From contig NC_000917.1 in the NCBI RefSeq assembly GCF_000008665.1, forward strand, positions 270,001 through 302,000: 32,000 nucleotides of DNA. The letters run 5' to 3'. How positions within the stretch are numbered: the first letter of the stretch is position 1; every line of letters starts with the position of its first letter. This document shows, piece by piece, positions 29,955-32,000 of the stretch. Source of the stretch: Archaeoglobus fulgidus DSM 4304. GTDB taxonomy: Archaea; Halobacteriota; Archaeoglobi; Archaeoglobales; Archaeoglobaceae. The notes beneath the pieces are model-generated. The model worked only from the letters and a program-made list of their open reading frames with translations, ran no database searches and was not told where the DNA came from. A program made the translations under genes and the position numbers.

Positions 29955-31730
29955 ATGGACAGAAAGGTATTGATGCTGGCGGTTATACTCTTTGCCCTTG
30001 CGGTCAGATTTCAGAACTTCGGTGAGATTTTCGATTCGGGGATTTACTACACGGGTTACGACTCCTACTACCACATGAGGCTTGTGGAGGTAATGGTAAA
30101 GGAAAGTTTCCGCCCGGATTACGATTACTATATAAACTATCCCTTCGGGCTGAAAATAACCTGGCCCCCGCTCTTTGATTATATCCTTGCCTTCCCCGGC
30201 ATGCTCTTCGGTTTTCATTCGTCGGAAATCTTCGCCGTCTTCCTTCCCGTCATCCTTGGCGTTTTGTCTGTTGTGCTAATTTGCCTCACAGCCCTTCAGA
30301 TTGTAAACAATCAGACCTTTGCTTTAATCTCGGCCTTCATCTATGCCGCAGCACCGGTGGCAGTGTGGAAGACAGTTCTTGGGCAGGCCGACCATCACGC
30401 TTTGGTAATCTTTCTCTTTTTGCTATCAGCGTACCTTCTGCTTAAGGATGGTGTCTGGAAGATTCTAGCTGGACTTCCAATGCTTTTTATGGCTCTTGCC
30501 TGGCTCGGTTCACCGATATATGGAGCATTGCTGGCATTTTCAGCACTTGTTCACTTTGACAGAAAAGCGCTGAGACTTGTAGCAGCCTCATACCTTATTC
30601 CAGCAATCTCCTTCGTTCTGTATCCTCCAGTTGGTATATCATTTTTCGGACTTGCCGCCTTTCTTTTCGTTGGTAGTGTAGTAAAGGGTTACGAGGACAG
30701 ATTTAGAAACGCCACGATCTACTACATAGCATTATCGCTTGCCACCGTTCTTATTATCTACTTTATTCCCCTCCCACACTTCGAATTCGTGAAGGGAGGC
30801 ATCAACTACATCTTTGGGGCCAACATATACCTTCCAACCATAAGCGAGGCGAGGTCTCTACAAATTTTTGAAATCATATCAGCTTCAGGTTACATCTACT
30901 TCATTTTCGCTCTGATTTCGGTTTTGTTTTTTAGAAACAGGTTTGTACTCTCGATGTTCTTCCTGTCCTTCATTCTTGCTCTGATGCAGCTCAGGTTTAC
31001 GGAAGTTCTTGTGGTGCCGTCGGCACTGCTATCTGCCTACTTGGTTAGCTTAGTTCTCGAAAGGCTGGAATATCCTGTTTTCGAAAAGGCTGATGAGGAG
31101 GAAAAGAGTAGAAGGAGGAAAAGAAAGGACAGAAAAGTCAAGCAGAAAAATGCGGAGGTAGAGTGGAAGGATCATGCTGTTGTTGCAGCATTCCTCGTAA
31201 TCCTCGCCATACCGTGTATAGTCGTTGCCGTAGTCCCCTTCGACCTCACCGAAGACTGGAAAGAAGCTCTCGAATGGATGAGAACTTCGCTGGAAGAGCA
31301 GAACTACCTGAACCCCTACGAAAAGCCTGAGTATTCTGTAATGAGCTGGTGGGACTACGGTAACTGGATTCTCTACGTTTCAAAAAAGGCTGTGGTCTGC
31401 AACAACTTTCAGGCAGGGGCTGTTGATGCGGCTAAGTTCTTTACTGCAAAAAGCGAGGATGAAGCCATTAAAATTGCAAAGAAACGTGGTGTGAGGTACG
31501 TTGTTACCGCCGATGAGATTACGATGAAGGACGCTAACAACACTAAGTTCCCCGCAATCATGCGGATCGCTGGCTACAATGTGGATTTGATGACTGAAGG
31601 TGAAATCCTTAACTTCTTCAACCATACCGTGCTTTACAGGCTCCACATGGAGAACGCCGAAAACCTGACCCACTTCAGGCTGGTAAAGGAATTCGGCGAT
31701 GTTAAGATTTTTGAGGTTGTGGGTAGCTAA
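29955..31730 (+). CDS. aglB: Archaeal oligosaccharyltransferase AglB (STT3 family), short form, 591 aa
   Basis: Multi-pass membrane N-terminus with [15 protein letters not shown] at 31347-31361 (residues 465-469). DK-type motif [11 protein letters not shown]. Length and motifs match what I recall for A. fulgidus AglB-S1. Confidence 0.9.
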   Translation: MDRKVLMLAVILFALAVRFQNFGEIFDSGIYYTGYDSYYHMRLVEVMVKESFRPDYDYYINYPFGLKITWPPLFDYILAFPGMLFGFHSSEIFAVFLPVILGVLSVVLICLTALQIVNNQTFALISAFIYAAAPVAVWKTVLGQADHHALVIFLFLLSAYLLLKDGVWKILAGLPMLFMALAWLGSPIYGALLAFSALVHFDRKALRLVAASYLIPAISFVLYPPVGISFFGLAAFLFVGSVVKGYEDRFRNATIYYIALSLATVLIIYFIPLPHFEFVKGGINYIFGANIYLPTISEARSLQIFEIISASGYIYFIFALISVLFFRNRFVLSMFFLSFILALMQLRFTEVLVVPSALLSAYLVSLVLERLEYPVFEKADEEEKSRRRKRKDRKVKQKNAEVEWKDHAVVAAFLVILAIPCIVVAVVPFDLTEDWKEALEWMRTSLEEQNYLNPYEKPEYSVMSWWDYGNWILYVSKKAVVCNNFQAGAVDAAKFFTAKSEDEAIKIAKKRGVRYVVTADEITMKDANNTKFPAIMRIAGYNVDLMTEGEILNFFNHTVLYRLHMENAENLTHFRLVKEFGDVKIFEVVGS

Positions 31731-32000
31731 TACCTGATTTTCGATGCACACTCCCTGCAGAAGCTAACCGGCTTTCTGTCAACATCCTGAACTGAGTTTG
31801 AAAACCGCATAACGCAGTTGTTACTGCAGTGCTTCAAACCAAGAACGTGGCCGATCTCGTGCACAGCCTCCTTGACAACCCTCTCCCTGTAAAGCTCGCT
31901 GTCCGCTGTTGTGAGGCGGAAAACTGATAGCACGGCCCTCGCCCCTCCGAGTTCTGCCTCGCCAAAAACGAAGTTCATTCCTTTGGCGTAGATATCCTTA
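31727..32000 (-). CDS. amzA: Archaemetzincin (zinc metalloprotease), C-terminal part; 5' end beyond the window
   Basis: [20 protein letters not shown]...CRECASK is the HExxHxxGxxHCxxxxCxM...CxxC signature. The frame stays open upstream of the ATG at 31978 to base 32000 ([15 protein letters not shown]). Confidence 0.85.
   Translation of the reverse strand, partial: KDIYAKGMNFVFGEAELGGARAVLSVFRLTTADSELYRERVVKEAVHEIGHVLGLKHCSNNCVMRFSNSVQDVDRKPVSFCRECASKIRY

Overview
This window reads as an archaeal accessory and glycosylation island. It is most likely Archaeoglobus fulgidus-type: the two IS lengths (1214 and 963 bp) and the 591-aa AglB match my recollection of ISA1214, ISA0963 and AglB-S1, but nothing was searched. 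Right part (21.0-32.0 kb): a minus-strand dTDP-rhamnose operon (rfbA-B-D-C) plus two GT2 genes and a multiply broken manC. These are followed on the plus strand by a GT4, a membrane-anchored Dpm1/GtrB-like GT2 and an AglB oligosaccharyltransferase (WWDYG), and then a partial archaemetzincin gene. Middle (7.6-17.3 kb): a minus-strand glycan-modification operon. It contains a CmcI-like methyltransferase and a methyltransferase/coiled-coil/GT2/GT4 giant gene split by a frameshift. It also contains a methyltransferase split by a 963-bp IS, a sulfotransferase-like gene, and a second sulfotransferase-like gene split by a 1214-bp IS. Both IS have inverted repeats and target duplications, and removing them in silico restores the host reading frames. 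A 3'-truncated ugd and a membrane-protein ORF lie at 5.4-7.6 kb. The most unusual content is two toxin-antitoxin (TA) arrays. (1) At 0.4-5.3 kb there are five unrelated TA cassettes (AF2212-like/PIN, VapB/PIN, PIN_3 pair, MNT/HEPN, DUF2281/PIN). Each is preceded by an independently decayed copy of the 3' end of the sulfotransferase-like gene, with a TATA-like box fused to the remnant stop region. (2) At 17.4-21.0 kb there are five tandem AF2212-like(DUF104)/PIN modules with conserved junctions (toxin 3' end, intergenic block, promoter box, antitoxin 5' end) and hypervariable interiors; two modules are decaying. All homology statements are by-eye motif and alignment recognition; no searches or computations were run.
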